From an uncultured Candidatus Saccharibacteria bacterium (lineage in GTDB: Bacteria > Patescibacteriota > Minisyncoccia > Phycocordibacterales > UBA9973): a stretch of DNA of 64,000 nucleotides. This document shows, one piece after another, positions 1 through 10,481 of the stretch (position 1 is the stretch's first letter; the number at the start of each line of letters is the position of its first letter). The translations under genes were made by a program, and so were the position numbers. Under the pieces are notes generated by a model. That model had not been told where the DNA came from and did no database searches. It saw only the letters and a list, made by a program, of their open reading frames with translations. Location: the NCBI GenBank assembly GCA_964361705.1, contig CAYIBP010000002.1, forward strand, positions 12,435 through 76,434. Direction: 5' to 3'.

Positions 1-2029
1 TTTTTTTCAAAATGTCGGTTGGGGTGGTAGTATTGTTCTTCCAGACTTTTGTGACTAGAGGATTCGCAGCCTGAGTAGTGAAAAAATCTAAAGAGCCGTC
101 ACCATTTATGTCAACTACGCTTGTATTGCCACTTTTTAAATATATTTCGCTAGAGGCAGAAAAATCCCAAGAAGAAGCAGACATCCATCCATTACCTGTA
201 TTGAGATGGACATGTCGCCCGATGGAGATTAAATTGTAATCTGGAACAAGGTCTGGCAAACCATCTCTGTTTATATCTAAAAACCTGACTCCCGAATCAA
301 TAATGTTGTCATTATTAACCAATTCCACAGGCGGATCCCAATTATTATCATCCACCCATGATCCATTGCCCTTGTTCATATATACCCACTTGTCATAATT
401 TTGGTTTGATTGATTCCATTCCATCCGTATAACATCTGGAAGATTGTCTCCATTGAGATCTATCATATACTGTTTGGGACCCAAAAGCTCAGGGGCTGGT
501 GAATCCCAACTAGAAGATTGTGAGGCGAATACTGATCCTGTATTCAATTGGGATCCGAAGTTCTGCCCTTGTTTTCTTATAATATCCATCAAACCATCCG
601 CATTCAGATCAATGAAATTCGCACCCCAATTATGGGTATTATCATCACTGCCGAAGGTAACAGTAGGTATCCAAGTACTGCTTTGCGACCAGGATGTCCG
701 GGTATTGAGATATGCATCATATCCCCCAGGATTTTGACTTAATGTCTCTTCCTCGCTCTTCAATATATCAGGTAGCAAATCGCCATTTATATCTCCCATT
801 CTCACCCCCTGATCCCACAGAAATCCGTAACTTCCACCCCTGATCTCATATTGCCGAAACAACATGGGCAGCTGAAAGCCGCTATTCTCGCTCCATGTAC
901 CATTGTTGTTGTTTATATATGTATGTTTTTGTTCAATCGGATCACCATTGTTTTTGTATGATTCTGCAATATCAGGCAGAGAATCTCCGTTGATATCAAT
1001 CATATTCTGTAAGCCCTCTTCAAAATGAGTTGGGGAAGCCCAGCTGGATGTATCAAGAGTCCATCCGGGAGTACTCGTATAATATGTAAAACTCGTCGCT
1101 AGCAGTGTCGTTACCACAGCGCTTTCATCTTGTCCAGATTCTGTAATACTGGAAAGCAGTGACCTTGATCCGTTGTCGCCATTAGTGTAAACAAGAGCAT
1201 ATTTTCTAACCCAAGAGCCATTTACTTTCACCTGAATCTCATTGATCCTGTAATTGTTTGTAATTAAAAAAGCTGTCGCATAAGATTTTGACACATCGCT
1301 TCTAGATTGTCTCAAAAATTCTATTTCAAATATTCCATCTGTTGTACCATTGCCGGTATATTTTATTTTATATGGATATATCTGTCCTGCGTCTTTATAA
1401 TATTCATATTTTATGTAATTATCATTTGTATCGCGCACCTCAGAAAGCATCCATTTGTAAACTTTAGAGTTGTCTGCGGAATCATCTTGTCTCTCGCTAG
1501 TGCTTGCGCCAAATTTATATACTGTGCCATTTTTAGCAGTAACGGTCCAAACATTTGAGGAAAGAGAGTATTTTAGAAAATCTCCGTTTTCTACTTTTGG
1601 TCCATAAGACGATCCTGAAATATTAACAAGTTCACCTGAAAGAGAAGAATTAAAATAATTGCTAGTATACAGTTTATCTGTGCCAGATTTGTTTAATCTA
1701 GTTATATACGGAATATCTGTACTCCAACCATAGCCGAAAATATTTGCTGTGTCACTGGTATTTTGATTGTTATAATTCAAATTCAGATTTGGTTCAACGC
1801 TATTCCTACCAAGAGGTGTCTTTATGTTGTAATTATATGTAAAAGCTCCTGAGTTTTCATCTACACTAAATATATTTTTGTTTGATTGAACCAATCCCGC
1901 AGTCAGATTCTCTGGAGTAAATATCGGTTCTTCCGCCCACACCGCATTCACCGGAGCGAGTAAAAAAGAAAGCGCCAGAAAAGCGCCGAGGGTTAGTTTA
2001 AAGAAACTATGTGTGGTGATGTTTTGCAT
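1..2029 (-). CDS. Secreted SpvB/TcaC-like, FG-GAP-repeat (RHS/TcdB-type) protein, N-terminal part; runs off the window
   Basis: Not in the ORF track (no stop in window). Hand translation from ATG 2029 gives MQNITTHSFFKLTLGAFLALSFLLAPVNAVWA (signal peptide), then SGAFTYNYNIKTPLGRNSVEPNLNLNYN...FGYGWS (SpvB-like) and repeated D(I/L)NGDxLPD motifs. Confidence 0.85.
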   Translation of the reverse strand, partial: MQNITTHSFFKLTLGAFLALSFLLAPVNAVWAEEPIFTPENLTAGLVQSNKNIFSVDENSGAFTYNYNIKTPLGRNSVEPNLNLNYNNQNTSDTANIFGYGWSTDIPYITRLNKSGTDKLYTSNYFNSSLSGELVNISGSSYGPKVENGDFLKYSLSSNVWTVTAKNGTVYKFGASTSERQDDSADNSKVYKWMLSEVRDTNDNYIKYEYYKDAGQIYPYKIKYTGNGTTDGIFEIEFLRQSRSDVSKSYATAFLITNNYRINEIQVKVNGSWVRKYALVYTNGDNGSRSLLSSITESGQDESAVVTTLLATSFTYYTSTPGWTLDTSSWASPTHFEEGLQNMIDINGDSLPDIAESYKNNGDPIEQKHTYINNNNGTWSENSGFQLPMLFRQYEIRGGSYGFLWDQGVRMGDINGDLLPDILKSEEETLSQNPGGYDAYLNTRTSWSQSSTWIPTVTFGSDDNTHNWGANFIDLNADGLMDIIRKQGQNFGSQLNTGSVFASQSSSWDSPAPELLGPKQYMIDLNGDNLPDVIRMEWNQSNQNYDKWVYMNKGNGSWVDDNNWDPPVELVNNDNIIDSGVRFLDINRDGLPDLVPDYNLISIGRHVHLNTGNGWMSASSWDFSASSEIYLKSGNTSVVDINGDGSLDFFTTQAANPLVTKVWKNNTTTPTDILKK

Positions 2030-2037
2030 TGAGATTG

Positions 2038-2307
2038 TTAAGAAAAAACTTTGTTTTCTAAAAGTTCAATTCTTTTATCGAAATTTGTATCATTGTCAAT
2101 AAGGTCGTCAACCTTTTCATTCAATTCGGCAAAATTATCCCGTGTCTCCATTTTAAAACTTTTTAAATCAACTCTAAGATCATTTATTTCTGATTTTACT
2201 TCGTATATATCCATTTTGGTTGCCATAACTTCAAGAATCCTTGCCGTGGTTTTGGCAATTACTTCGACAGACTTGGCTAGTTTTTTAAAATCAGCATCGT
2301 TTGACAT
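2038..2307 (-). CDS. Small coiled-coil hypothetical protein
   Basis: 89-aa ORF with heptad pattern (ATKMDIYEVKSEINDLR...RIELLE). Confidence 0.7.
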   Translation of the reverse strand: MSNDADFKKLAKSVEVIAKTTARILEVMATKMDIYEVKSEINDLRVDLKSFKMETRDNFAELNEKVDDLIDNDTNFDKRIELLENKVFS

Positions 2308-2351
2308 AGTAGAAGTGTAGCAAATAATATTTTTTTGGCAATCACCAGTAT

Positions 2352-2380
2352 TTTCCGTGAAGGACTGTCCTTCACGGAAA
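2352..2380. repeat. Perfect 14-bp palindrome (REP-like or terminator)
   Basis: TTTCCGTGAAGGAC-T-GTCCTTCACGGAAA downstream of rplY. Confidence 0.7.
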
Positions 2381-2395
2381 TGGGAGAGGTGAGGT

Positions 2396-3055
2396 TTAGC
2401 TTTTTGACTCTGCGCTAGGTTCTGTGGCAGTACCTTCTTCCTCTTTCTTGCCTTTCTTTTCTACTTCAATAGCAGAGAGGTCTACAGGAGCTGCGACTTC
2501 TTCTTTTTCTTCAACTTGCGCCACGACAGAAGCTACGACTTCTCCAAGACCTGTGATCATAGAAACACCAGAAGGTAGAGAAATATCTGAAACCAAAAGA
2601 TTGTCTTGTAAGGTAGCTAATTTGGAAATATCAGCAGACAAACTGTGAGGCAAATCTTTAGGCAACGCTTCGACTTCGACTTCTTGAAGGACTTTGACGA
2701 GATTGCCCAAGCCACCTTTGACTAGAGGAGAAACACCCACGAATTCAACAGGGACTTTAACTTTTATTTTCTTATTCATATCGATAGCCAAGAAATCCAC
2801 ATGTAGAGGAGCTTCGGTTACAGGATGAAGTTGAACCTCGTGAATAAGCACATCTATATCTTTGCCATCCACATTTAGCTTGACGGCAGAAGATTCCCCC
2901 GCGTCTCGCCAGACTTTTTTGAAATCTGCCATGGATACTGAAACAGGAGTGCTGGACTGACCGGCTCCATAAAAAACAGCGGGCATTTCGCCTACTTTTC
3001 TGAGAGAATCCAAAGATTCATCTTCGCTTCTCTTTTTAGCTTTAATTGCAAACAT
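2396..3055 (-). CDS. rplY: 50S ribosomal protein bL25/Ctc
   Basis: LRKVGEMPAVFYG, QLHPVTEAPLHVDF, TL5-type C-terminal domain. Confidence 0.95.
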   Translation of the reverse strand: MFAIKAKKRSEDESLDSLRKVGEMPAVFYGAGQSSTPVSVSMADFKKVWRDAGESSAVKLNVDGKDIDVLIHEVQLHPVTEAPLHVDFLAIDMNKKIKVKVPVEFVGVSPLVKGGLGNLVKVLQEVEVEALPKDLPHSLSADISKLATLQDNLLVSDISLPSGVSMITGLGEVVASVVAQVEEKEEVAAPVDLSAIEVEKKGKKEEEGTATEPSAESKS

Positions 3056-3078
3056 AAAAGCATTATATACAAAATAAT

Positions 3079-4761
3079 TTAAAAAGCAATGTGTGAAAGC
3101 ATGTATTCTTTGGTACCGGACCCGTCTGTGCCCTCCACCTTTTTACCGGGATTGAATATTCCCTGCGGATCAAAGATATTTTTTATCTGTCTAAATATGC
3201 CTAGCATTTGATGATCATACATCTTTTTTAAATAAGGCGTGCGAATTAGTCCGTCATTATGCTCTGCTGTTATAGAACCATGATATCTATGCACCAGATC
3301 ATATACTTCTTCACTTAGATCGCTCACTATTTGCGCAATTTTTTGTTTTTTAGAATCTATCAGAGGAATGATATGGAAATTGCCATCGCCTGCGTGTCCA
3401 GCCATGGTATATACTAGTTTGTATTTACTCAAGGTGCGGTCAAGCTCTGGAAGAAATTTCGGCAGGAATTCCGGTCTGACAATAATATCGTCGATAAAGG
3501 GCGCAGTGCGAAGACCTTTTGCGTGCTTGCGAAGCAGGGAAAAACTTTCGCGTCTTACACTCCAATACTTCTCGGATTCAGATTCTCCTTTTGTCACATG
3601 GACTTTTACTTTGAAATTTTTTAATCTTTCCTTCAACTTTTGGCATTGCTTATCTGCATCTTTTTCATTCTCACCAGCAAACTCTGCAAGTAAAATCAAT
3701 TTTGGAAATCCTCCAGTAATCATCATTTTCAGTTCTGGCAAAAAACTCCATAAGAACTTTATGGATTCCAAGAACCCGCGATTTTTTAAGAAATCAGGGA
3801 AAAATCGCACAGCCAAACGCATAGTCTTGTCATCATAAGTCTCAAGTGTTTCCGGATTCGTCAACAATATCTCGTCCACCAGACTTCCTAAAGACGCCAC
3901 ATCTTTCATAAATATCGCAACTAATTTTGAATATTTTGGATTTGGCACTAATTTAAAAGTAATCTCAGTAGCAATGCAAAGTGTAGCCTGCGAACCAACC
4001 AATAATTTATTTAAGTCAAAATGAGATTCGCCTACGACATTCCATATATAGTAACCAGCGGAATTTTTGTGCACATTTGGTTTTGCTTTTTTTATTTCAT
4101 CTTTGTTTTTATTTATCAATTCATAAATATTTCCGTAAATCTCCCCCTCTAGATTCTTTTCTCTTATCTTTTTGGACAATTCATCTTGAGAAAGCGACCT
4201 TATTGTATATTCGTTGCCGTCTGAAAAGATGACCTTACTCTTGGTAACATATTTTTCTGTTTGTCCGTATTTTAAAGTTTTTTCTCCAGCAGAATTATTG
4301 CCAAACATTCCACCCATCGCATTTAGGCTCTTTGAAGCCGTATAACAAGGCAGTATCAAATCTTTTTCTAAAGTGATTTTTTCAAAATCTCTATAAAACA
4401 TTCCGGGCTGTACTGTGATCTCATCACCTTCGAATTTTACAAGCTTATTCATGTGTCTTGTAAAATCCAAAATCAAAGATTCACCTATAGCTCCGCCTGA
4501 CATATCTGTACCGGCGCATCTGGCAGTGATGGAAAGATTTTTCCAATCTTTATTTAGTTCCGTATCATGATATTTATTTTTATGAAGAGAAACAAACTTC
4601 ACCAGATTCTTTATATCTTCAGAATCTTTCGGGAAAAGAACAAGACGCGGACGCACTTCAAAAATACTCGCATCGCGAGAATACTTTGTGAGAGTTTCTT
4701 CATCGTCTTCGATTTCCCCTTTGAAGAATTTCAGTAGTTGTTCTTTTAAATCCGAAAGCAT
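3079..4761 (-). CDS. FAD-linked oxidase (GlcD/D-lactate dehydrogenase family)
   Basis: YSRDASIF, AGTDMSGG, GHAGDGNFH, AEHNDG, FDPQGIFNPGK. Confidence 0.9.
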   Translation of the reverse strand: MLSDLKEQLLKFFKGEIEDDEETLTKYSRDASIFEVRPRLVLFPKDSEDIKNLVKFVSLHKNKYHDTELNKDWKNLSITARCAGTDMSGGAIGESLILDFTRHMNKLVKFEGDEITVQPGMFYRDFEKITLEKDLILPCYTASKSLNAMGGMFGNNSAGEKTLKYGQTEKYVTKSKVIFSDGNEYTIRSLSQDELSKKIREKNLEGEIYGNIYELINKNKDEIKKAKPNVHKNSAGYYIWNVVGESHFDLNKLLVGSQATLCIATEITFKLVPNPKYSKLVAIFMKDVASLGSLVDEILLTNPETLETYDDKTMRLAVRFFPDFLKNRGFLESIKFLWSFLPELKMMITGGFPKLILLAEFAGENEKDADKQCQKLKERLKNFKVKVHVTKGESESEKYWSVRRESFSLLRKHAKGLRTAPFIDDIIVRPEFLPKFLPELDRTLSKYKLVYTMAGHAGDGNFHIIPLIDSKKQKIAQIVSDLSEEVYDLVHRYHGSITAEHNDGLIRTPYLKKMYDHQMLGIFRQIKNIFDPQGIFNPGKKVEGTDGSGTKEYMLSHIAF

Positions 4762-4905
4762 TTACAAAATTATAACATATCTCTCTGAAAACACTCGGTG
4801 CAATAAGGCCGATATCCGTCCTCAATTCTATAAGAAGAATCCATAATATGTCTCAAAATCATAAGTCACCCAAGGCATCACTTTTTGGAGTTTTGCTTTC
4901 TGGCA

Positions 4906-5787
4906 TTACAAGTTATTGAAAAGTTTCAATCTCGCCTCTGCTACTTTTTTTACAGCTTCTACTGCAGGAGCTAAAATTTTATAAGTCGTTATCTCGTTTG
5001 GATTTTCTTTCAAGAATTTCTCTAGAGCTTCTTTGTAGGCCAGACGGATTTCAGTACTAATATGAATGACAGATATTCCAGAAGATATTGCTGATGTAAA
5101 ATCTTCATCACGCAAACCAGACCCACCATGTAGTACTAGTGGCACACCTGCTGACTCTCGGATCTTTTTTACCAAAATTCCATCTATATGTGGTTCACCA
5201 CCCTTGACTATACCGTGAATGCTACCTACAGAAGGCGCTAATAAATCTATATCTGTCATCTGTACAAAATTTTTCGCGTCTTCTGGATCAGTCAGCGTAC
5301 CAGCGCCTTCTGGAATAGAATCTTTTATATTTGAACCCGATCCGATATAACCAATCTCCGCTTCCACTAATACATCTCGGTCGGTCGCATCTCTCAATGT
5401 CTTCACGTACCCTACACATTCTTTTGTTACTGCAACATTCTCCTCTAAAGAAAGCTTTGCCCCATCTATAATGACGGCATCAAATCCCGCATTTATACTC
5501 TGCTTTGTTCTTTCGAAACTATAATGATGATCTGCATTCAAAAAAATAGGATAATCATCCCTCTCACGTATTTCTTTAACCAACACCACCGCTTCTTCGC
5601 TACCAACAAAATCTTCTTCACCTTCAGACAAACCGATAATGACCGGTACTTTTTCACCAACCAACACGCTGACGGATTTTGCTGCTTCATAAACACCATG
5701 CAAGCCTTCTAAATTGGAAATATTAAAATGCCCAATCGCTACCTTCTTCTCCTCCGCTTCTTTTATGTATTCGCGTAATGTTTTCAT
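4906..5787 (-). CDS. fba: Class II fructose-bisphosphate aldolase
   Basis: NADHH, VEAEIG, GSIHG, PLVLHGGSG. Confidence 0.93.
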   Translation of the reverse strand: MKTLREYIKEAEEKKVAIGHFNISNLEGLHGVYEAAKSVSVLVGEKVPVIIGLSEGEEDFVGSEEAVVLVKEIRERDDYPIFLNADHHYSFERTKQSINAGFDAVIIDGAKLSLEENVAVTKECVGYVKTLRDATDRDVLVEAEIGYIGSGSNIKDSIPEGAGTLTDPEDAKNFVQMTDIDLLAPSVGSIHGIVKGGEPHIDGILVKKIRESAGVPLVLHGGSGLRDEDFTSAISSGISVIHISTEIRLAYKEALEKFLKENPNEITTYKILAPAVEAVKKVAEARLKLFNNL

Positions 5788-5801
5788 ATTCTTTAAAGAA
5801 T

Positions 5802-7274
5802 TTAACTTAGCACTTTCTTCAACATCTCTATCACCATTTTTGGATTCGCGCTGCCGTTGGATTCTTTGATAATTTTACCCACCAATGACATTATCGCATT
5901 TTCTTTGCCACTTTTATACACCGCCACAACATCAGGATTTTCGGTTATTGCTTTTTCAACCAAAATTTTAATAGAACTTTCATCTGAATTTTGAATAAGA
6001 TTTTCTTTTTCTAAAACTTCTTTTATATCTATCCTATCGTACACTAATCTTGGTATTAAATCTTTAGCAACTCTTGAAGAAATTTTACCATCTACAAACA
6101 TACGAACTAATATTGCAAAATCTGTCGCAAGAGGAAGCGAATGATTAGGTTCTTTTTTTAAAATTGCTTGCAAATCTGATAAAACAAAGTTCGCTATAGC
6201 TATCGCATATTTTGGGTTATAAGAATTTTCTTTTTTATCAAATAATTCATCAAAACATGACAGAGTTGCTTCAAATTCAAGGCATAACTTATCGTCTGCA
6301 ATCAAAACTTCAATATCTTCCTTTTTTATACCATAATTAAAAAAGCGTTCTCGTCTTTGGAAGGGCAATTCAGGCAATTCGCCTTTCATTTTTTCTAAAT
6401 CAAAAGCCTCGTGAAGCTTCATTTTAGGCAGGTCTGGCTCTGGAAAATATCTGTAATCTGCACTTCCTTCTTTTTTTCTCTGTGAGAAAGTTTTCTGCTT
6501 ACTTTCATCCCAACCTCTGGTTTCCTGTACTATTTCTGTGCCTTTGCCCTCTTCTAAGAGTTCACGCATTCTGTCTAGCTCGTACTTTATAGCTTTCTCT
6601 ACGCTCTTGAAAGAATTTAGATTTTTCACCTCAACTTTTGTGCCGAATTTTTTTGGATCATCTGTTATAGAAATATTCGCTTCCACTCGCATTTCACCTT
6701 TTTCCATATTGGCTTCTGATACCCCCAAATACCACAGTACGAACTGAAATTCTTTTGCAAATGCTGAAGTATTTTTCGAAGCATCCTCTGCACTGTCAAA
6801 GACACGCGCTTCTGTCACGAGCTCCATCAAAGGTACACCCGAGCGGTTGAAATCTATCAATGAATATCCTTCAGCGCCTTCGCCAAAATGTTTGTTGTTT
6901 GCCGTGTCTTCTTCTAAATGCACTCGAGTAATATCAAAACCCGCAAGATGTCCGCCGGAAACTATCGGATATTTGTATTGTGAAGTCTGGAAACCTTTTG
7001 GGATATCCGGATAAAAATAATTCTTGCGATCAAATTCTGTGAAGTCGGCAATAGTACCACCCACAGCTAGACCAACTTTGATCACATTTTCTACTGCCTT
7101 TTTGTTTATCACGGGCAAAGCGCCCGGATGCGCCATACACACAGGGCAAATATTTACGTTTGGATTTTCCTCGTCTGGATCATTCTTGCAAGAACAAAAC
7201 ATTTTGGTATTTGTCTTTAATTCAGCATGTATTTCAAGTCCTATGACGGGATAGTATTTTTTGTATTTTTCCAT
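5802..7274 (-). CDS. gatB: Asp/Glu-tRNA amidotransferase subunit B
   Basis: IGLEIHAEL, FDRKNYFYPD, HLEED, KVEVKNLNSF, DYRYFPEPDLP. Confidence 0.97.
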   Translation of the reverse strand: MEKYKKYYPVIGLEIHAELKTNTKMFCSCKNDPDEENPNVNICPVCMAHPGALPVINKKAVENVIKVGLAVGGTIADFTEFDRKNYFYPDIPKGFQTSQYKYPIVSGGHLAGFDITRVHLEEDTANNKHFGEGAEGYSLIDFNRSGVPLMELVTEARVFDSAEDASKNTSAFAKEFQFVLWYLGVSEANMEKGEMRVEANISITDDPKKFGTKVEVKNLNSFKSVEKAIKYELDRMRELLEEGKGTEIVQETRGWDESKQKTFSQRKKEGSADYRYFPEPDLPKMKLHEAFDLEKMKGELPELPFQRRERFFNYGIKKEDIEVLIADDKLCLEFEATLSCFDELFDKKENSYNPKYAIAIANFVLSDLQAILKKEPNHSLPLATDFAILVRMFVDGKISSRVAKDLIPRLVYDRIDIKEVLEKENLIQNSDESSIKILVEKAITENPDVVAVYKSGKENAIMSLVGKIIKESNGSANPKMVIEMLKKVLS

Positions 7275-7281
7275 AAAAAAA

Positions 7282-8301
7282 TTATTTATTTTTCTTTTCT
7301 AAAATCTTTATTAATCCGTCTCGCAAGGCTTTGACTGAAGCATCGTCAAACAGCGACAGGACAAAAACTTTTGGAGAAAGTTTCTCAAATGCTTTTTTTT
7401 GTTTTTCTATTATTTTTTTATCATCTACAAAGTCTGTTTTGGTTAAAACTATTATCTCTTCTTTAGAAGCTAAGCCTTCGCCTTTTGGTAAACCCAAATT
7501 TTTGTCGTATTTCTCTAATTCTTTTCTTATCTCTTTGTACGCTTTTGTCATGCCAGTAGAGCCTTTTGATAGATTTTCAAAAGACACCAAATGTGCGAGC
7601 ATTTTTGTGCGTTTGATATGTTTTAAAAATTTTATACCAAGACCTTTGCCTTCGTTTGCGCCTTCGATCAATCCCGGAATATCTGCCAGCGTATATCCAT
7701 AAAAATCTCCGAGGTTTGGATCAAGAGTGGTAAAAGCATAATCGCCCACTTTTGCATCTGCATTAGTAATTGAATTTAAAAGTGAAGACTTGCCTGCATT
7801 TGGTAGACCGATAAGACCAATATCAGCAAAAAGCTCAAGCTCTATCTTGAAATTCGCATGCTCGCCGTCTTTACCTGGATTTGATTCTATTGGAGTAGTG
7901 TTAATGGAACTCTTAAAATGTTCGTTACCATAACCACCATATCCACCTCGCAAGAGCATAATCTTTTCGCCTTCCTCTTTTAATTCATATTTCTCCTCTG
8001 TGTCTAAATTAGTAATAATAGAGCCAACTGGTAATTTTAAAACCATATCGTCACCGTTTTTACCATGAAGACTCTTTTTAGAACCATCTTCACCCCTCTC
8101 TGCAAAAAATTCTTTTTTGGCTTTGTATTTCGAAAGGATGTGAATGTCGCGCACAGCTTCTACATAAAAGTCGCCTCCCCTGCCACCATCACCCCCAGCA
8201 GGTCCGCCCTTGGGTACGAATTTTTCTTGTCGCCATCGCACCACGCCATCACCCCCGCGACCCGCCTCTCCATATATTGTTATTTCGTCTACGAATGCCA
8301 T
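7282..8301 (-). CDS. obgE: GTPase Obg/CgtA
   Basis: Gly-rich Obg fold, GLPNAGKS, FTTL, DIPG. Confidence 0.96.
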   Translation of the reverse strand: MAFVDEITIYGEAGRGGDGVVRWRQEKFVPKGGPAGGDGGRGGDFYVEAVRDIHILSKYKAKKEFFAERGEDGSKKSLHGKNGDDMVLKLPVGSIITNLDTEEKYELKEEGEKIMLLRGGYGGYGNEHFKSSINTTPIESNPGKDGEHANFKIELELFADIGLIGLPNAGKSSLLNSITNADAKVGDYAFTTLDPNLGDFYGYTLADIPGLIEGANEGKGLGIKFLKHIKRTKMLAHLVSFENLSKGSTGMTKAYKEIRKELEKYDKNLGLPKGEGLASKEEIIVLTKTDFVDDKKIIEKQKKAFEKLSPKVFVLSLFDDASVKALRDGLIKILEKKNK

Positions 8302-8336
8302 AAATTTTTATCTTATATCAGGATTGAACCTTAATA

Positions 8337-9260
8337 TTAACCTATATTTTTTAAAGCTATCTCTGCTAATTTTAACGCTCCTTCTTTTGATTTTGTTACT
8401 GCCAAGAAAAGACTCTTGTGGCAAAATACAGCGTCTGATACACCTGTGATGTTTTGCAATTCTTCATCGTGGAGTCCTCCCCAGTCTGCAGGAAAATCTT
8501 TTCTATTTTTAAAAGTATGCTTGTCTTTTTGTATAGCCCTCACTCCCCAGAGTTTATCTGCCTTCCTTTGGCTTATCACAAAAAGTGGTTCAGGGTAAGC
8601 TCTGAGAGTGTCTTGACATGGATAGTGATTATCCAGAATTATTATTCTTTTATCTTGTGCATTTCTATAAGATTCTAGAACTTTGTCTTCGGCAAGAACT
8701 GAGCCTTGTGCGTACACTATTTCTCGCGTTAAAAAAAGCTTGGCCATCTCTAGGCATTTAAAAAATGCTTCGTCTTCCCCGCCTTCATCTTCCTGCCAAG
8801 TCGGACGCAGTGAAGCAAAAGCACTCTCTATGGAGTAAGGCTCAATATCGTATTTAAGATCAGATAAAGCAAAACCATTGTCAATTGCATCTATCGGAGC
8901 GACTAGTTTTTTGTCTATGATACTGGCTTCCTTCTCTCCGCCTGCAAGTTCTGCGCCAAATTTCTTCCACACTAAACCAAAAGATGCGTATTCAATAGGA
9001 ACAAATTTTTCATTTGTGTTTACAAGTGGCGCTGAACGAAATCCTGCCCCGCTTGTCTGATGATGGTCAAATTTATTTTTCTCTGCATCATATACGCCAC
9101 CCACATCGTACGCATAGTCTGCTGTGGCTATTATATCTGCATCACGCGTGCGAACAACTTCAAAACTCTCACCACTTTTGTCTAAAAAGAGCGTAAGTGT
9201 CGCCGTAGCAAAAATATCATCGCAGTGAAAGACGCCGTTATGTGTTACTAATTTTTTCAT
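8337..9260 (-). CDS. MYG1-family (DHH-like) protein
   Basis: THNGVFHCDD, DVGG, FDHHQ, AVFCH. Confidence 0.9.
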   Translation of the reverse strand: MKKLVTHNGVFHCDDIFATATLTLFLDKSGESFEVVRTRDADIIATADYAYDVGGVYDAEKNKFDHHQTSGAGFRSAPLVNTNEKFVPIEYASFGLVWKKFGAELAGGEKEASIIDKKLVAPIDAIDNGFALSDLKYDIEPYSIESAFASLRPTWQEDEGGEDEAFFKCLEMAKLFLTREIVYAQGSVLAEDKVLESYRNAQDKRIIILDNHYPCQDTLRAYPEPLFVISQRKADKLWGVRAIQKDKHTFKNRKDFPADWGGLHDEELQNITGVSDAVFCHKSLFLAVTKSKEGALKLAEIALKNIG

Positions 9261-9261
9261 T

Positions 9262-9711
9262 TTAAAAAATACTATCTACCACTTCTTTTACGACCGCGCC
9301 GTCTGCTTTGCCTTTCAATTCTGGCATTATGGCTTTCATCAACATTCCTTTTTGAGATGCGTCATTGATGCCAAGTTCTGCTTTCTTTGTTTTAACTATT
9401 TTTTCTACTTCACTCCTGTCCATCATCTTTGGTAAGTATGTCTCAAGTATTTTGAGCTGGGATTCTTCTTCGGCTACCAAGTCTTCTCTGCCTCCTTTTC
9501 TATACTGATCTATAGAGTCTTTTCTTTGTTTGGCTAAACGAGTGATAACAGCTAGGGCTTCTTCATCAGAAAGTATTTCATTTGGCTTTCTGCCTTTTGC
9601 TACAGATTCATTCATCATAGCGGCAGACATCATGCGCAAAGTCTCGAGCAATACTGTGTTCTTTGCCAACATCGCAGATTTGATCCCATTTTTAATATCT
9701 TCGTGTATCAT
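9262..9711 (-). CDS. GatB/YqeY domain protein
   Basis: KQRKDSIDQYRKGGREDL...YLP. Start moved to ATG 9711 because the longer ORF overlaps the divergent gene. Confidence 0.9.
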   Translation of the reverse strand: MIHEDIKNGIKSAMLAKNTVLLETLRMMSAAMMNESVAKGRKPNEILSDEEALAVITRLAKQRKDSIDQYRKGGREDLVAEEESQLKILETYLPKMMDRSEVEKIVKTKKAELGINDASQKGMLMKAIMPELKGKADGAVVKEVVDSIF

Positions 9712-9749
9712 ACAAACCAGTATATCAAAATTCGTGTTAAAATAACAGT

Positions 9750-10466
9750 ATGAAAAACATAATATTCTTTGACACCGAAACCACCGGCAACACCGAAAAA
9801 GACCTTCTGTGCCAGATAGCTTATAAAAACAAAGACGAAGATTTTGTCGCTCTTTATAATCCGAACCTAAAAATCCCTCCCGAGGCATCTGCGGTGCATC
9901 ACATCACAAACAAAATGGTAGCAGACAAACCTGTTTTCAAAGAAAGCGCAGAATATGAAAAAATAAAAAATCTTTTTGAAGATGAAAACACCGTTCTCGT
10001 CGCGCACAACGCAGTTTTTGATTTGATGATTATAAAAAAAGAAAGCATAGAGCCCAAGAATTTTATCTGCACACTGCGAGTAGCAAGATACTTGGATCCA
10101 GAAGAAAAGATAGAAAGATACAACCTGCAATATTTGCGCTACCTATTGGAGATAGAAGTAGACGCCACAGCGCACGACGCAATGGGTGATGTATTTGTTT
10201 TGGAAAAACTATATGAGAGATTGAAAAAGAAAATAATAGAGATAGAGAATCTGGATGAAGAAAAAGCGATAGAAAGAATGCAAGAAATATCTTCTCATCC
10301 GTCGCTCCTGCGATCCTTTGGCTTCGGCAAGTACATAGGTAAAAAAATAGAAGAAGTAGCAAGAACCGATCGCGGATACCTCGAATGGCTCCTAAAACAA
10401 AAACAAGAAAGTAATCAAAATGAAGAAGATTGGATATATACTTTGAAACATTATCTAGGGAAATGA
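9750..10466 (+). CDS. DEDDh 3'-5' exonuclease (ExoX-like)
   Basis: FFDTETTG, AHNAVFD, AHDAMGD, C-terminal FGKY...YLEWL. Confidence 0.9.
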   Translation: MKNIIFFDTETTGNTEKDLLCQIAYKNKDEDFVALYNPNLKIPPEASAVHHITNKMVADKPVFKESAEYEKIKNLFEDENTVLVAHNAVFDLMIIKKESIEPKNFICTLRVARYLDPEEKIERYNLQYLRYLLEIEVDATAHDAMGDVFVLEKLYERLKKKIIEIENLDEEKAIERMQEISSHPSLLRSFGFGKYIGKKIEEVARTDRGYLEWLLKQKQESNQNEEDWIYTLKHYLGK

Positions 10467-10481
10467 TGTTAAAATAAACTT

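Noticed and set aside
444-1558. Short plus-strand ORFs in the track
   Set aside because: Antisense to the long SpvB/FG-GAP gene.
4770-4905. Short CxxC-containing reading frame between fba and the oxidase
   Set aside because: Too short and interrupted to call; at most a gene relic.
9712-9888. N-terminal extension of the YqeY ORF
   Set aside because: It overlaps the divergent exonuclease gene, and ATG 9711 has its own -10 box.
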